From an uncultured archaeon (GTDB lineage Archaea > Aenigmatarchaeota > Aenigmatarchaeia > QMZP01 > JACQNV01), in NCBI GenBank assembly GCA_964631205.1, contig CAZVWU010000002.1, positions 755 to 64,754 on the forward strand: a stretch of DNA of 64,000 nucleotides, given 5' to 3'. Positions 8,154 through 17,255 of this stretch are shown here, one piece after another. Position 1 is the stretch's first letter; the number at the start of each line of letters is the position of its first letter. The translations under genes were made by a program, and so were the position numbers. The notes below the pieces were generated by a model that ran no database searches, was not told the DNA's origin, and saw only the letters and a program-made list of their open reading frames with translations.

Positions 8154-9455
8154 ATGAAAACTATTGTAGACCTCCACATCCACAGCCCGCATGCAAGGGC
8201 GTGCAGCAAAGACATTTCTCTTGAGAATTTGGAAAAGTTTGCCAAGATAAAAGGGGTTGAGCTTTTAGGGACTGGCGACTTCTGCCATCCAAAATGGATA
8301 CAGGAATTAAAAAATAAATTGACTGAGGATGATACCGGAATTTTAAAAACTAAGACAGGGTTTCCTTTTATTCTTCAGTTCGAGATTGCGCTGATTTATT
8401 CTGATGGCGGGAAAGGCAGGAGGGTGCATAATCTTGTTTTGGCTCCGGATTTTGGCACTGTAGACCAGATAACAGAAGCCCTGCTGAAAAAGGGCCGCGT
8501 AGACTATGACGGGCGCCCGATGTTTGGGATTCCCTGCGCGGATTTTGTTGAAATGATGAAATCGATAAGCGGAGATATTGAAATCATCCCTGCTCACGCC
8601 TGGACCCCATGGTTTTCTGTTTTTGGCTCAAAATCAGGCTTTAATTCACTTGAGGAGTGTTTCAAGGACCAATCAAAATATATTCATGCAATTGAAACAG
8701 GCCTCTCGTCTGATCCGTCGATGAACTGGAGGCTTTCCCAGCTAGACAATATCCAGCTGGTTTCTTTTTCCGACATCCATTCCTACTGGCCATGGAGGCT
8801 TGGAAGGGAGGCGACTGTTTTGGATTTAAAAGAATTGACCTACAAAAATATTTTGAATGCAATAAGAACTGGAGAAGGCTTAATCGAAACATTTGAAACT
8901 GATCCGGCATATGGAAAATACCATTTCGACGGCCACAGGTTTTGCGGCGTTTCCTTTGATCCAAAAGAATCTAAAAAAATAGGGGAGATATGCCCCAGAT
9001 GCCAGAGGAAACTGACAGTCGGGGTCTTAAGCCGGGTTGAAGAATTGGCCGACAGGCCAGAAGGGTTCAAACCAACAGGCAGGCCTGCGTTCAGGTCGGT
9101 CATACCGCTTTCAGAAATTATTTCTTTTAGTCTGGGCTCAGACAATCCTGCATCAAGGCAAGCTTGGGAGGTTTACAATAAACTCATAGAACGTTTCGGC
9201 TCAGAATTCAAAGTTGTTTTTGATGCAAGCTTTGAAGAGCTTTCAAAAACAATAGACGAGAAAATCGCAAAAAACATAATTGATATCCGGGGAGGCAAGG
9301 TAAAGCTCCTCCCAGGCTTTGACGGGGTATATGGGATCCCTGTTTTTAATCCGGAAGATGAAGACAAGCTGAATAAATTAAGACTCAAAAATATGGGAAA
9401 GGAATTTCACCAAAATAAAAATAAAAAACAGAAAAGTTTGGCTGATTTCAAATAA
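8154..9455 (+). CDS. endonuclease Q-like PHP-domain nuclease with zinc ribbon
   Basis: MKTIVDLHIHSPHARACS PHP-type metal-binding N-terminus and a CPRCQRK zinc finger. Its ~430 aa length matches archaeal EndoQ. Confidence 0.6.
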   Translation: MKTIVDLHIHSPHARACSKDISLENLEKFAKIKGVELLGTGDFCHPKWIQELKNKLTEDDTGILKTKTGFPFILQFEIALIYSDGGKGRRVHNLVLAPDFGTVDQITEALLKKGRVDYDGRPMFGIPCADFVEMMKSISGDIEIIPAHAWTPWFSVFGSKSGFNSLEECFKDQSKYIHAIETGLSSDPSMNWRLSQLDNIQLVSFSDIHSYWPWRLGREATVLDLKELTYKNILNAIRTGEGLIETFETDPAYGKYHFDGHRFCGVSFDPKESKKIGEICPRCQRKLTVGVLSRVEELADRPEGFKPTGRPAFRSVIPLSEIISFSLGSDNPASRQAWEVYNKLIERFGSEFKVVFDASFEELSKTIDEKIAKNIIDIRGGKVKLLPGFDGVYGIPVFNPEDEDKLNKLRLKNMGKEFHQNKNKKQKSLADFK

Positions 9456-9458
9456 CCA

Positions 9459-10373
9459 TTATTCGACTTTTCTTTTCACAGACAGGGAAGGGCCTGCCCT
9501 CTCTATATTATAGAAATATGGTTCTGATTCAGCTGTTATTGAAACGAGCTTTTCAGCCAGCTCGCTGCTCGCCCCCGCCTCAAGCTCGCAATTGAATTCT
9601 CCTTTCTGGCCTTTGAAGAGATCAATTTCATTATAATTTATACATTCTCCTGTTTTGATTTCTATATCGGTTGATGGCGTTGACAGCTTAAGCTTTATTT
9701 TTTTGAGCCCATTTTCACAGGAAGTATCGGTGCATACAAAACCGGTGTCCAGATTGGAAACTGTGACAAAAAGCGGGAAGTTGACTTTCCCTTCTGACAA
9801 AAGCCTTATCTGGCTTGCCTGCCCTCTTGTGTTCATATCTATATCTATCGGGCTCCTTGATTTAAACACGGTCTCAGACTCGACTGCCTCGCCTGAATCC
9901 CTTTTTATTATAAATTTTTCCCTTGGCACGAGCTTTATCCTAGAAACTGTTATTGATTTATATTTGTATTTTATCGAAACCTTTGGCTGGAATGTCTGGT
10001 CTAATGGGAGGCTGCCTGGCGCAGTATAAGAAAATATGCATTGTTTGGATTGCCCGGGCGTGTTGAATTCTGGGTTAGGCGGATTCAGAGAAAATTTTAC
10101 GCAACTATCTACTTTAATGCCCCAGCCATCCAATCCTGTTATTGTTGGCTCTATTTCTTCTGCTTTTTCTGTCCCTGTGTTTCTTACAATAAGGCTCAAC
10201 TTTACGGCTTCCCCTGGAAGTATTTCAACCCCTTGAATATCCGGCTCGAAAGCCTCTATTGAGAGTATTCCGCCGCCAGATGATCCGCCGCCAGATGAGC
10301 AGCCGGAAATGAAAACCACTAAAGCTAAGGATAGAAAAAGCGTATATTTTTTATTGATTTTTGATGAATCCAT
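9459..10373 (-). CDS. secreted lipoprotein, CARDB-like beta-sandwich paralog 1
   Basis: Signal peptide ending VFISGCSSGGGSSGGG (lipobox-like Cys plus Gly/Ser linker), then a VRNTGTEKAEE motif resembling CARDB. Confidence 0.5.
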   Translation of the reverse strand: MDSSKINKKYTLFLSLALVVFISGCSSGGGSSGGGILSIEAFEPDIQGVEILPGEAVKLSLIVRNTGTEKAEEIEPTITGLDGWGIKVDSCVKFSLNPPNPEFNTPGQSKQCIFSYTAPGSLPLDQTFQPKVSIKYKYKSITVSRIKLVPREKFIIKRDSGEAVESETVFKSRSPIDIDMNTRGQASQIRLLSEGKVNFPLFVTVSNLDTGFVCTDTSCENGLKKIKLKLSTPSTDIEIKTGECINYNEIDLFKGQKGEFNCELEAGASSELAEKLVSITAESEPYFYNIERAGPSLSVKRKVE

Positions 10374-10387
10374 ACATAAAGCAATTA

Positions 10388-11344
10388 TTAGAATCCTGTT
10401 GCTGATTTGAGCACTGCTAGTGGCTGCGCAAGGGGCTGCAAAATCTCATAAGTATATTGCAATTCAACTTCTATTGTGGCTTTTTCTGCAGGAGCGCCCC
10501 TTTGTGGTGGGCTTGTAACCCTTAATATACAGGTTGTTTCATAGGACCTCCCAGAATTCAAGTTTATCACTCCGTTCTGGCAGGCAGGGTCTGCGCCTGT
10601 ATAGTCTGGGCTTAACCTGGAAGGCCAGCGGATATTAACCCTAACAGGATATGTGAAATCTTGGCTGGATACTAAACCTTGTGTCACATGGGCTAAGGCT
10701 GGGTTCCCATTTTTATCGATTATTGTCAATTTAACAGGGACTTGAAGGTCGAAGGTGGACCCCTGGGTTGTTGTCCTCACTTCCGGAACCTCTATCCTTA
10801 TATCAAGCGGGCCTGTATCAGCTGTTCCAAATTGTGTTACTAGCCCTTGGCCAGCATCCCTTCTTTGTATGAATGTGTCTGCATCAACAAGCGTGATTGT
10901 CCCGCTGCCTTTCAGCACATTATCATATTTTATGCTTAATTTCGGCTGTATGCTTTGCTGCACAGCATATTGGGGCGTTCTTGAACTGAAGGTAATTGTT
11001 CTTATTGGGCCTGCAAGATTCTGCTCCTGGCTAAACCCTGTAAGATCGCCTAAATTTTGTTCAAATATGCCTGACCATTTTTCTTTGTCTAAAAGTTCTA
11101 CAATATTTACCCGGGTATTCTTTGCCTTTATTGTGCCTTGGTTCTGCACCCTTGCAGTAAACTGGACAGGTTCATTCTGCCTTAATTGTGTGCCTTCCTG
11201 ATTAGACTTGAACTCAAGAATGACGACCCCATTCCCTAAACCTACTGGCGCCTGAGAGCCTTGAGCGCATCCAGAAACCAAAACTATAGAGGCTAATAAT
11301 AGCAGGGTTATATATTTTTTGTTGGGTTTTTTTGATTTTCCCAT
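10388..11344 (-). CDS. secreted lipoprotein, CARDB-like paralog 2
   Basis: Signal peptide ending VLVSGCAQG plus a VQNQGTIKAKN motif. Confidence 0.5.
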   Translation of the reverse strand: MGKSKKPNKKYITLLLLASIVLVSGCAQGSQAPVGLGNGVVILEFKSNQEGTQLRQNEPVQFTARVQNQGTIKAKNTRVNIVELLDKEKWSGIFEQNLGDLTGFSQEQNLAGPIRTITFSSRTPQYAVQQSIQPKLSIKYDNVLKGSGTITLVDADTFIQRRDAGQGLVTQFGTADTGPLDIRIEVPEVRTTTQGSTFDLQVPVKLTIIDKNGNPALAHVTQGLVSSQDFTYPVRVNIRWPSRLSPDYTGADPACQNGVINLNSGRSYETTCILRVTSPPQRGAPAEKATIEVELQYTYEILQPLAQPLAVLKSATGF

Positions 11345-11411
11345 ATAATCCTATATGTGGTATAGTAATATTACTTGCACAAGCTTATAAATTATATAAG
11401 ATCTGTCTGGC

Positions 11412-12311
11412 CTATTTTACCGCAGCTGGAGGAGCCTGGTAGTTTAGGGGTTCTATTGTCACTGTGCTTTCTTTACGGAATTCGTATTTGTAGTGTTTGA
11501 GTGTAACCTCCACTCTTACTGTTTTCTCTTTCTGGATATTCTTTGGTGTGACTAATGTGCATATTATAGGTGGGGATTTTTTCTGTATTAGTTTTATTGG
11601 TTTATCGTCATCGAAGGTGCAGCTGGTTTTACTTTCTGCATTATCTATCTTTATAGCGATATTAGTTGGTTTGATCTCCTTGCTCACAGACAAGAACCCA
11701 GACCCTTTATTTTCTATATAAAGGGAAGCTGGCTGTTGAGTTAAATCGTCTGGGATTGGCTGCCTCACGCTTGGGTCAGGAAGGATATAAGCAACTAGAG
11801 GACCTTCGCTTTTTTGCGGAACTGAGCTCTTTTGGACAAACCTGCCTTGCTCCTGCTGCCGCTGCGCTTCATCTTTGTTAATAAAATAGACTTCTGTCTG
11901 GCTTGATGTTGTGTATTCATATTCGACAGATGTTTTTAGTTTGCATGAGGGTATCGGGACAAGGACTTTTTTAGGGTCAGCTGTTAGAGTCCATTTTATT
12001 TCTTTAACTTCCCTTGGCAAAAGCTCGACGTCTTGTTCCTCACTCCCTATCGGATTAAAAACTCCGCATGTATCAAACAAAAATACATTAACCTTAATCT
12101 TATCTTTTTCGCCAAGATTCTGGACATAGGTTGTGAGCGTTATTGACTGGCCGGCTTTAACTGATTGCGGGAACACACTCTGGTCTTTTATCACAACAAT
12201 GTCATTTTCATATTTGCTTTGCAGCTGGCCTCCGCCAAAATCAAGCCCGGGGATTGTGCAGCCTGATACAAAAACAACTGCTGTTATCAGGATGATAAAA
12301 AGCTGGTTCAT
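11412..12311 (-). CDS. secreted lipoprotein, CARDB-like paralog 3
   Basis: Signal peptide ending VFVSGCTIP plus a VQNLGEKDK motif. Confidence 0.5.
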   Translation of the reverse strand: MNQLFIILITAVVFVSGCTIPGLDFGGGQLQSKYENDIVVIKDQSVFPQSVKAGQSITLTTYVQNLGEKDKIKVNVFLFDTCGVFNPIGSEEQDVELLPREVKEIKWTLTADPKKVLVPIPSCKLKTSVEYEYTTSSQTEVYFINKDEAQRQQEQGRFVQKSSVPQKSEGPLVAYILPDPSVRQPIPDDLTQQPASLYIENKGSGFLSVSKEIKPTNIAIKIDNAESKTSCTFDDDKPIKLIQKKSPPIICTLVTPKNIQKEKTVRVEVTLKHYKYEFRKESTVTIEPLNYQAPPAAVK

Positions 12312-12353
12312 ATTATTATTTATATAGAAGAGGTGGTTTAAATGGGATCGGCC

Positions 12354-12770
12354 TTATTCAACTACTTCAAATTTCACTCCATAATGTATTACTCCGCCCT
12401 TCCCATCCTCATACATTTTCCTGAACACTGGTTTGACTTTTTTCCCTGTTTCAATTTTTGATAAATCGCCGACTACTTGGCCTGAAACAGTTGTTCCCTC
12501 GACCAATTTTATCATGCCCACTGCATAAGGCGTATACTCTTCAAAACCGTCGGGCGGTGCATGTATTATTGTATAAGAACGTATTTCTCCCTGGCCAGAA
12601 AACTTAAACTCTTCTATAACACCCTTTCTCCTGCAGTCAGGGCACAAAGTTTTGGGTGGGAAAAAAACCTGGTTGCAGGTTTTGCATTTTGTCCCTATAA
12701 GGCTGTACTTGGATTTTTTCAATCTCCAGAACAATGGCGTTGATACATGAGTCATATTATTCACTCCCAA
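12354..12770 (-). CDS. DUF35 OB-fold/Zn-ribbon protein (thiolase-HMGCS scaffold subunit)
   Basis: 138 aa with a CKTCNQVFFPPKTLCPDC rubredoxin-like Zn ribbon. Overlaps the thiolase gene by 14 bp. Confidence 0.75.
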   Translation of the reverse strand: MGVNNMTHVSTPLFWRLKKSKYSLIGTKCKTCNQVFFPPKTLCPDCRRKGVIEEFKFSGQGEIRSYTIIHAPPDGFEEYTPYAVGMIKLVEGTTVSGQVVGDLSKIETGKKVKPVFRKMYEDGKGGVIHYGVKFEVVE

Positions 12771-13923
12771 AAATATTCACGACAGCAGTTGCGCCTGTGC
12801 CGCCCACATTTTGTGCCAATCCTATTTTTGCGCCTTTAATTTGGAGCTTCCCTGCCTCGCCTTTCAATTGCCTAGCGATATCCACAATCTGCCTTATGCC
12901 AGATGCACCAACCGGATGGCCGATTGATTTTAGGCCTCCCATTGTGTTTGTTGGCTTTTCAGATCCTATTGATATTTTCCCCTGCTCCACGAATTTCCCG
13001 CCCTCCCCCTTTTTGCAGAATCCTAGATCCTCTATTGCAATAATCTCATTTATCGAGAAACAGTCATGTACCTCAGCAACATCAATCTTTTCATGCCCAA
13101 AGCCAGCTTTTGCATATGCAATTTTGGCTGCTGCTTTTGTGGCTGCCATTTCTGTGATGCTCTTCCTGTCGTGCAAAGCAAGCGTGTCTGAAGCTTGGCC
13201 AGAGCCCAGCAGCCAGACAGGTCTTTCTATGCCTAATTTTTTCACCATTTCTTCGGATGCCAGAATAACTGCCGCAGCTCCATCTGTTATCGGGCTGCAA
13301 TCCAATAGCCTTAATGGATCAGCAATCATTGGTGATGTCAGGACATCTTCAAGCGTGACAGGATATGGGTGCTGTGCGAGAGGATTTAACGCCCCATTTT
13401 TGTGGTTGTTCACAGAGACCATTGCAATCTGCTCTTTTGTTGTCCCAAACTGCTTCATATGCGCCCTTGCAATCAAGGCATACAGACCTGGGAAAGTAAG
13501 GCCTATAGCCGACTCCCATTCATGGTCGCCTGCGCCCATTAAAGCAGACACAGCCTGTTCGCCTTTCACATCAGTCATCTTCTCTGCGCCTGCAGCCATT
13601 ACAATATCATGCTCACCTGCCATTATCGAAATGGCCGCCTTCCTGAAGGCCAGAGCTCCAGATGCGCATGCGCCTTCAACTCTTGTTGCAGGTATTGGAT
13701 TCAAGCCTGCTTGGTCAACAGCAAGCGCGGCAAGATGCTCCTGGCCGATAAAACGGCCGCCTGACATATTGCCTACATATAACGCCTGTATCTCCCTCCC
13801 CTCTAGCTTTGCGTCGTGAAGGGCCTTTCCACCAGCTTCTGTAGCCAAGTCCCTCAGCGATTTCTCCCAATGCTCATCAAATTTGGTATAGGCTGCTCCA
13901 ATTACTGCAATTCGTTTAGACAT
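12757..13923 (-). CDS. acetyl-CoA C-acetyltransferase (thiolase), archaeal type
   Basis: 388 aa beginning MSKRIAVIGAAYTKF, with a nucleophile Cys region LNPIPATRVEGACASGA and the C-terminal NVGGTGATAVVNIF. Confidence 0.85.
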   Translation of the reverse strand: MSKRIAVIGAAYTKFDEHWEKSLRDLATEAGGKALHDAKLEGREIQALYVGNMSGGRFIGQEHLAALAVDQAGLNPIPATRVEGACASGALAFRKAAISIMAGEHDIVMAAGAEKMTDVKGEQAVSALMGAGDHEWESAIGLTFPGLYALIARAHMKQFGTTKEQIAMVSVNNHKNGALNPLAQHPYPVTLEDVLTSPMIADPLRLLDCSPITDGAAAVILASEEMVKKLGIERPVWLLGSGQASDTLALHDRKSITEMAATKAAAKIAYAKAGFGHEKIDVAEVHDCFSINEIIAIEDLGFCKKGEGGKFVEQGKISIGSEKPTNTMGGLKSIGHPVGASGIRQIVDIARQLKGEAGKLQIKGAKIGLAQNVGGTGATAVVNIFGSE

Positions 13924-14140
13924 ATTTCACATTTTTCTCCTGTATCATTTTCTTTGGGATCTGCATCTCTCTGTAAGAAGATGCAGAGATGTCTCGTGTC
14001 CTATCGAACAGGCGAGACACGATCTCAAACCTTTCTTTTTTAAAAGAAAGGGCTGATGCCCCTATTATTGCAATTCGTTTAGTCATAGTTAATTCACCAC
14101 TGATTTTGTATTTTAGTTTTTTTTGGATCTGCATCTCTAA
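13896..14140. repeat. partial tandem duplication (~165 bp period) of the thiolase 5' end/leader, with embedded hairpins
   Basis: ATTACTGCAATTCGTTTAGACAT (13901..13923, thiolase start) recurs as ATTATTGCAATTCGTTTAGTCAT (14065..14087). GGATCTGCATCTCT is present at 13957..13970 and 14124..14137. Hairpin CATCTCT...AGAGATG is at ~13962..13990. Confidence 0.6.
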
Positions 14141-15177
14141 CTCTTTAATTTTTTCCTCAGCCTCACATAAGTGCCGTAGTCTATGTGCTGCTTTTTTTCT
14201 ATATATTCGGATGTTTTGGGCGCCAGATCCCTTTTATCCAAAATCTTGTCTGTGACCAGCCATGAGAATGAATCAGATCCTGCGCCAGATCCGTAAGATG
14301 TCATCAATATCCTCTGGCCTGGCTGGGCTATATCCAAAACATTGCATAAACTAATGGGCGTTGCCCCTGAATATGTATTGCCTATATGTTTTACAACAAG
14401 GCTGTGTTTAATCTGTTCAGGTGAAAACCCAAGGTCCTTTGCTGCTTTTGCTGGGAATTTTCCATTCGGCGTATGCAAAACAAGATGATCGAAATCTGAA
14501 GCTTTTAATCCTATCTTCTCCATGAAGTTTTTTGTTGCTGTCACAACATGTTTGAAATATGCAGGCTTTCCTGTGAACCTTGCTGCATGGGTTGGGTAAT
14601 CTTCTCCTTCCCTCCTCCAAAAATCTGCTGTATCTGTTGTATAAGAATAGGTCCCTTCTAATTTTGCAAGAGGATCTTTGCCTATAATAAAAGCTGCTCC
14701 GCCTGCTGCTGCTGTGAATTCCAGAGAATCGCCTGGCCTCCCTTGTGATGTGTCAGCGCCTATCGCTAACCCGTATTTTATTTCCCCAGCTTTCACAAGC
14801 CCATAGCAGCACTGGATTGCAGCTGTTCCAGCCTTGCACGCAAATTCAAAATCGGCTACCATGATATGATTGCTTAAGTTAAGGGCATCTGCCACAATTG
14901 TTCCTGAAGGCTTAACAGCATAAGGATGCGATTCAGACCCTATATAAACAGCTCCTATGTCAAGCGGATTAATCTGTGCCCTGAGCAAAGCATTTTTTGC
15001 AGCCTCAACAGAAATTGTTACGGTGTCTTCGTCCAGGTCGGGCACACTTTTTTCATGGACCATTAGACCTTCTTTTATATCTTCTGCATTCTTGCCCCAT
15101 ACCCTAGCTATTTCCTCTACTTTGATCCTAAACTTAGGAATATAAGCGCCGTAACCAACAATGCCAATGTCTGACAT
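14137..15177 (-). CDS. hydroxymethylglutaryl-CoA synthase
   Basis: 346 aa beginning [24 protein letters not shown], with an active-site Cys in [11 protein letters not shown]. Clustered with thiolase and DUF35. Confidence 0.85.
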   Translation of the reverse strand: MSDIGIVGYGAYIPKFRIKVEEIARVWGKNAEDIKEGLMVHEKSVPDLDEDTVTISVEAAKNALLRAQINPLDIGAVYIGSESHPYAVKPSGTIVADALNLSNHIMVADFEFACKAGTAAIQCCYGLVKAGEIKYGLAIGADTSQGRPGDSLEFTAAAGGAAFIIGKDPLAKLEGTYSYTTDTADFWRREGEDYPTHAARFTGKPAYFKHVVTATKNFMEKIGLKASDFDHLVLHTPNGKFPAKAAKDLGFSPEQIKHSLVVKHIGNTYSGATPISLCNVLDIAQPGQRILMTSYGSGAGSDSFSWLVTDKILDKRDLAPKTSEYIEKKQHIDYGTYVRLRKKLKS

Positions 15178-15248
15178 AAAAAGAATCGATGAGTATAATA
15201 TAGATGAATGTAGGGTTTTTAAAAGGATAATCAGGCTTCGACAGAAAA

Positions 15249-15455
15249 TCAGCCTTTTGGCCCTTCCTCTTTGCCGAGCATTTCGTTTAAATTGGCAATC
15301 ATTTCAAGGTATGCGCTTTCCCTCCCGCTATTGAAATAGCCAACAGGCGCATTTGGATGCCTGTTCAAAATTTCGGAAGATTTGCGCAGTTGGTCTGCCT
15401 TCTCCCCGAGTTCGCCAATATACCTCTTCAGTGAATCCCTTAAACCGTCTTGCAT
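15249..15455 (-). CDS. small hypothetical protein
   Basis: 68 aa ORF in an otherwise empty gap. No known motif. Confidence 0.25.
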   Translation of the reverse strand: MQDGLRDSLKRYIGELGEKADQLRKSSEILNRHPNAPVGYFNSGRESAYLEMIANLNEMLGKEEGPKG

Positions 15456-15505
15456 ATCCCTAATTTATAATTAAGGCATAAAAGCTTATTATTAAAGCCG
15501 GATTA

Positions 15506-16270
15506 TTGTGTATGGCAGTATCTGTTGTAATTCCAGTTTTTAATTATGAAGCAGGGGTCGAGGCAACGGTAAAAAACATAAGGGAGAAAGCAGAAGCCGG
15601 GGAAATTGTTTTGGTCTGGGATGTCACGAAGCCGGAGCTGAAAGGCAAGGTGGCAGAGCTGGCTGATAAATTAAAAAAGAAATACAAAACCACTGCTTAT
15701 TTCAGGTTCAAACAGAAAGGTTTTGGCTCAGCTGTCAGATTGGGTTTTGAAAAGGCAAAAGGGGATGTAGTTGTTTTGATGATGGCTGACATCTGCGATG
15801 ATCCAAAAACAATAAGATTGATGGAAAAAGAAATGGAAAAAGGGTATGACATTGTTTCAGGATGCAGGTATTGCAAAGGCGGCGGGATAATAGGAGAGGC
15901 GTTTAAACAAAAAATTTCCTCTGCAGTTTCTTTATTAATAAATATTTTCAGCAGTGTAAAATGCAGGGACCTGACAAATGCGTTCAAAATGTACAAGAAA
16001 GAAGTCCTAAAAAATATTAAAACAGAATCAAATAATTTCGATCTTTCAATAGAGCTTCCGCTTAAAGCTGCAAGAAAAGGCTATAAAATCTCGCAGGTCC
16101 CGACAGTCTGGAAAAACAGGGATGCTGGAAAATCAAACTTCAATTTCATCGGTGAGAGTAAAAGGTATTTGAAATGGTTTTTATATTCAGCATTCTGGAT
16201 GCCATCATTGCTTACAAAATTTCTTGCGGCTTCGGTTCTTTTGCTGGGTATATGGAGAGTCTTTTTTTAA
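15506..16270 (+). CDS. GT2 glycosyltransferase, dolichyl-phosphate sugar synthase-like
   Basis: VSVVIPVFNYEAG ... VVLMMADICDDP, with a C-terminal TM helix (DPM1/GtrB-like architecture). Confidence 0.7.
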   Translation: MCMAVSVVIPVFNYEAGVEATVKNIREKAEAGEIVLVWDVTKPELKGKVAELADKLKKKYKTTAYFRFKQKGFGSAVRLGFEKAKGDVVVLMMADICDDPKTIRLMEKEMEKGYDIVSGCRYCKGGGIIGEAFKQKISSAVSLLINIFSSVKCRDLTNAFKMYKKEVLKNIKTESNNFDLSIELPLKAARKGYKISQVPTVWKNRDAGKSNFNFIGESKRYLKWFLYSAFWMPSLLTKFLAASVLLLGIWRVFF

Positions 16271-17255
16271 GCCAATCAACTGTTATTCCCAGCCCTGTAT
16301 CTAAATCAACTTTTGGCTTCCATCCAAGAGCCGTTATTTTTGAAATGTCAGGCACTCTTTTCTGGACATCATATTGTAATGCTGAAAGATTTTTAAATTT
16401 TATCTCCTTTTCTGTTCGGCAGATTTTCCAAATCTTTTCTGCCAATTCCTTGACAGAAGTTTCAATTCCAGTCCCTATATTGAAATCGTCATTTTCCGCT
16501 TTTTCAGCAATAAAAATTATTGCGTCCGCGAGGTCGTCCACATATGTATAGCTTCGTGTTTGGTCTCCTGATCCCAGAATTTCAAGCGGGTATTGACCTG
16601 AGAGTATTTTCTTGACAAGGTCTGGTATGATATGCGAATATCCAATATAATCCCCTGGAACCTCTCCTGGTCCGTATGCATTGAAAGGCCTTGCAATAAC
16701 ATAAGGGACACCAAACTCCTCAAAATAGGTTTTTGCAATATATTCTGAAACCAGTTTGGAAAATCCGTATCCTGTAAGAGGAGGCGGCGAAGTTTCAATT
16801 GCTTTTTCCGGTGTTGGAAAAACAGAAGCGCGCTCAAAAACCATCGAGGACGACAGGCATACGATCTTTGTTTTTTCTTTCTTTGATGCGTCCCATAAAT
16901 TCAAATTTAGGATGGAATTGTCCCTTACGCTTGTCGCAGGGTATTTGTGAAAATAGCCTATTCCGCCTATAATTGCCGCGAAATGGAAGCAGACATCAAT
17001 TCCCTCCATTGATTTTTCTGCATTTTCTGTGTTGAGTAGATTAAGTTGCTTGAATTCTATTTTATCAAGGATATTTTCCAGATTTATCGATTCGCCTTTA
17101 GATAAATTGTCAACAACCCTGACATTCGCGCCTGCTTGAACCAATTTTATTGCAACCCTAGATCCTATAAATCCAGCGCCACCTGTAACCAAGATTTTTT
17201 TGTTTTGCCAGAAATTCATACAATTATTTCCCGCTCCCAAACCTGATGTAATCAA
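16212..17255 (-). CDS. NAD-dependent epimerase/dehydratase (extended SDR)
   Basis: ILVTGGAGFIGSRVAIKL Rossmann motif and a YxxxK region. Confidence 0.8.
   Translation of the reverse strand: MITSGLGAGNNCMNFWQNKKILVTGGAGFIGSRVAIKLVQAGANVRVVDNLSKGESINLENILDKIEFKQLNLLNTENAEKSMEGIDVCFHFAAIIGGIGYFHKYPATSVRDNSILNLNLWDASKKEKTKIVCLSSSMVFERASVFPTPEKAIETSPPPLTGYGFSKLVSEYIAKTYFEEFGVPYVIARPFNAYGPGEVPGDYIGYSHIIPDLVKKILSGQYPLEILGSGDQTRSYTYVDDLADAIIFIAEKAENDDFNIGTGIETSVKELAEKIWKICRTEKEIKFKNLSALQYDVQKRVPDISKITALGWKPKVDLDTGLGITVDWLKKRLSIYPAKEPKPQEIL

Noticed and set aside
12734-13819. 361-aa plus-strand ORF
   Set aside because: Antisense shadow of the thiolase gene. Composition is Ala/Pro/Ser-rich with no motifs.
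13916-14134. 72-aa ORF containing MTKRIAIIGAS
   Set aside because: It lies wholly within the tandem duplication of the thiolase start and only its first ~11 residues resemble thiolase. It is most likely a decayed duplicate rather than a functional protein.
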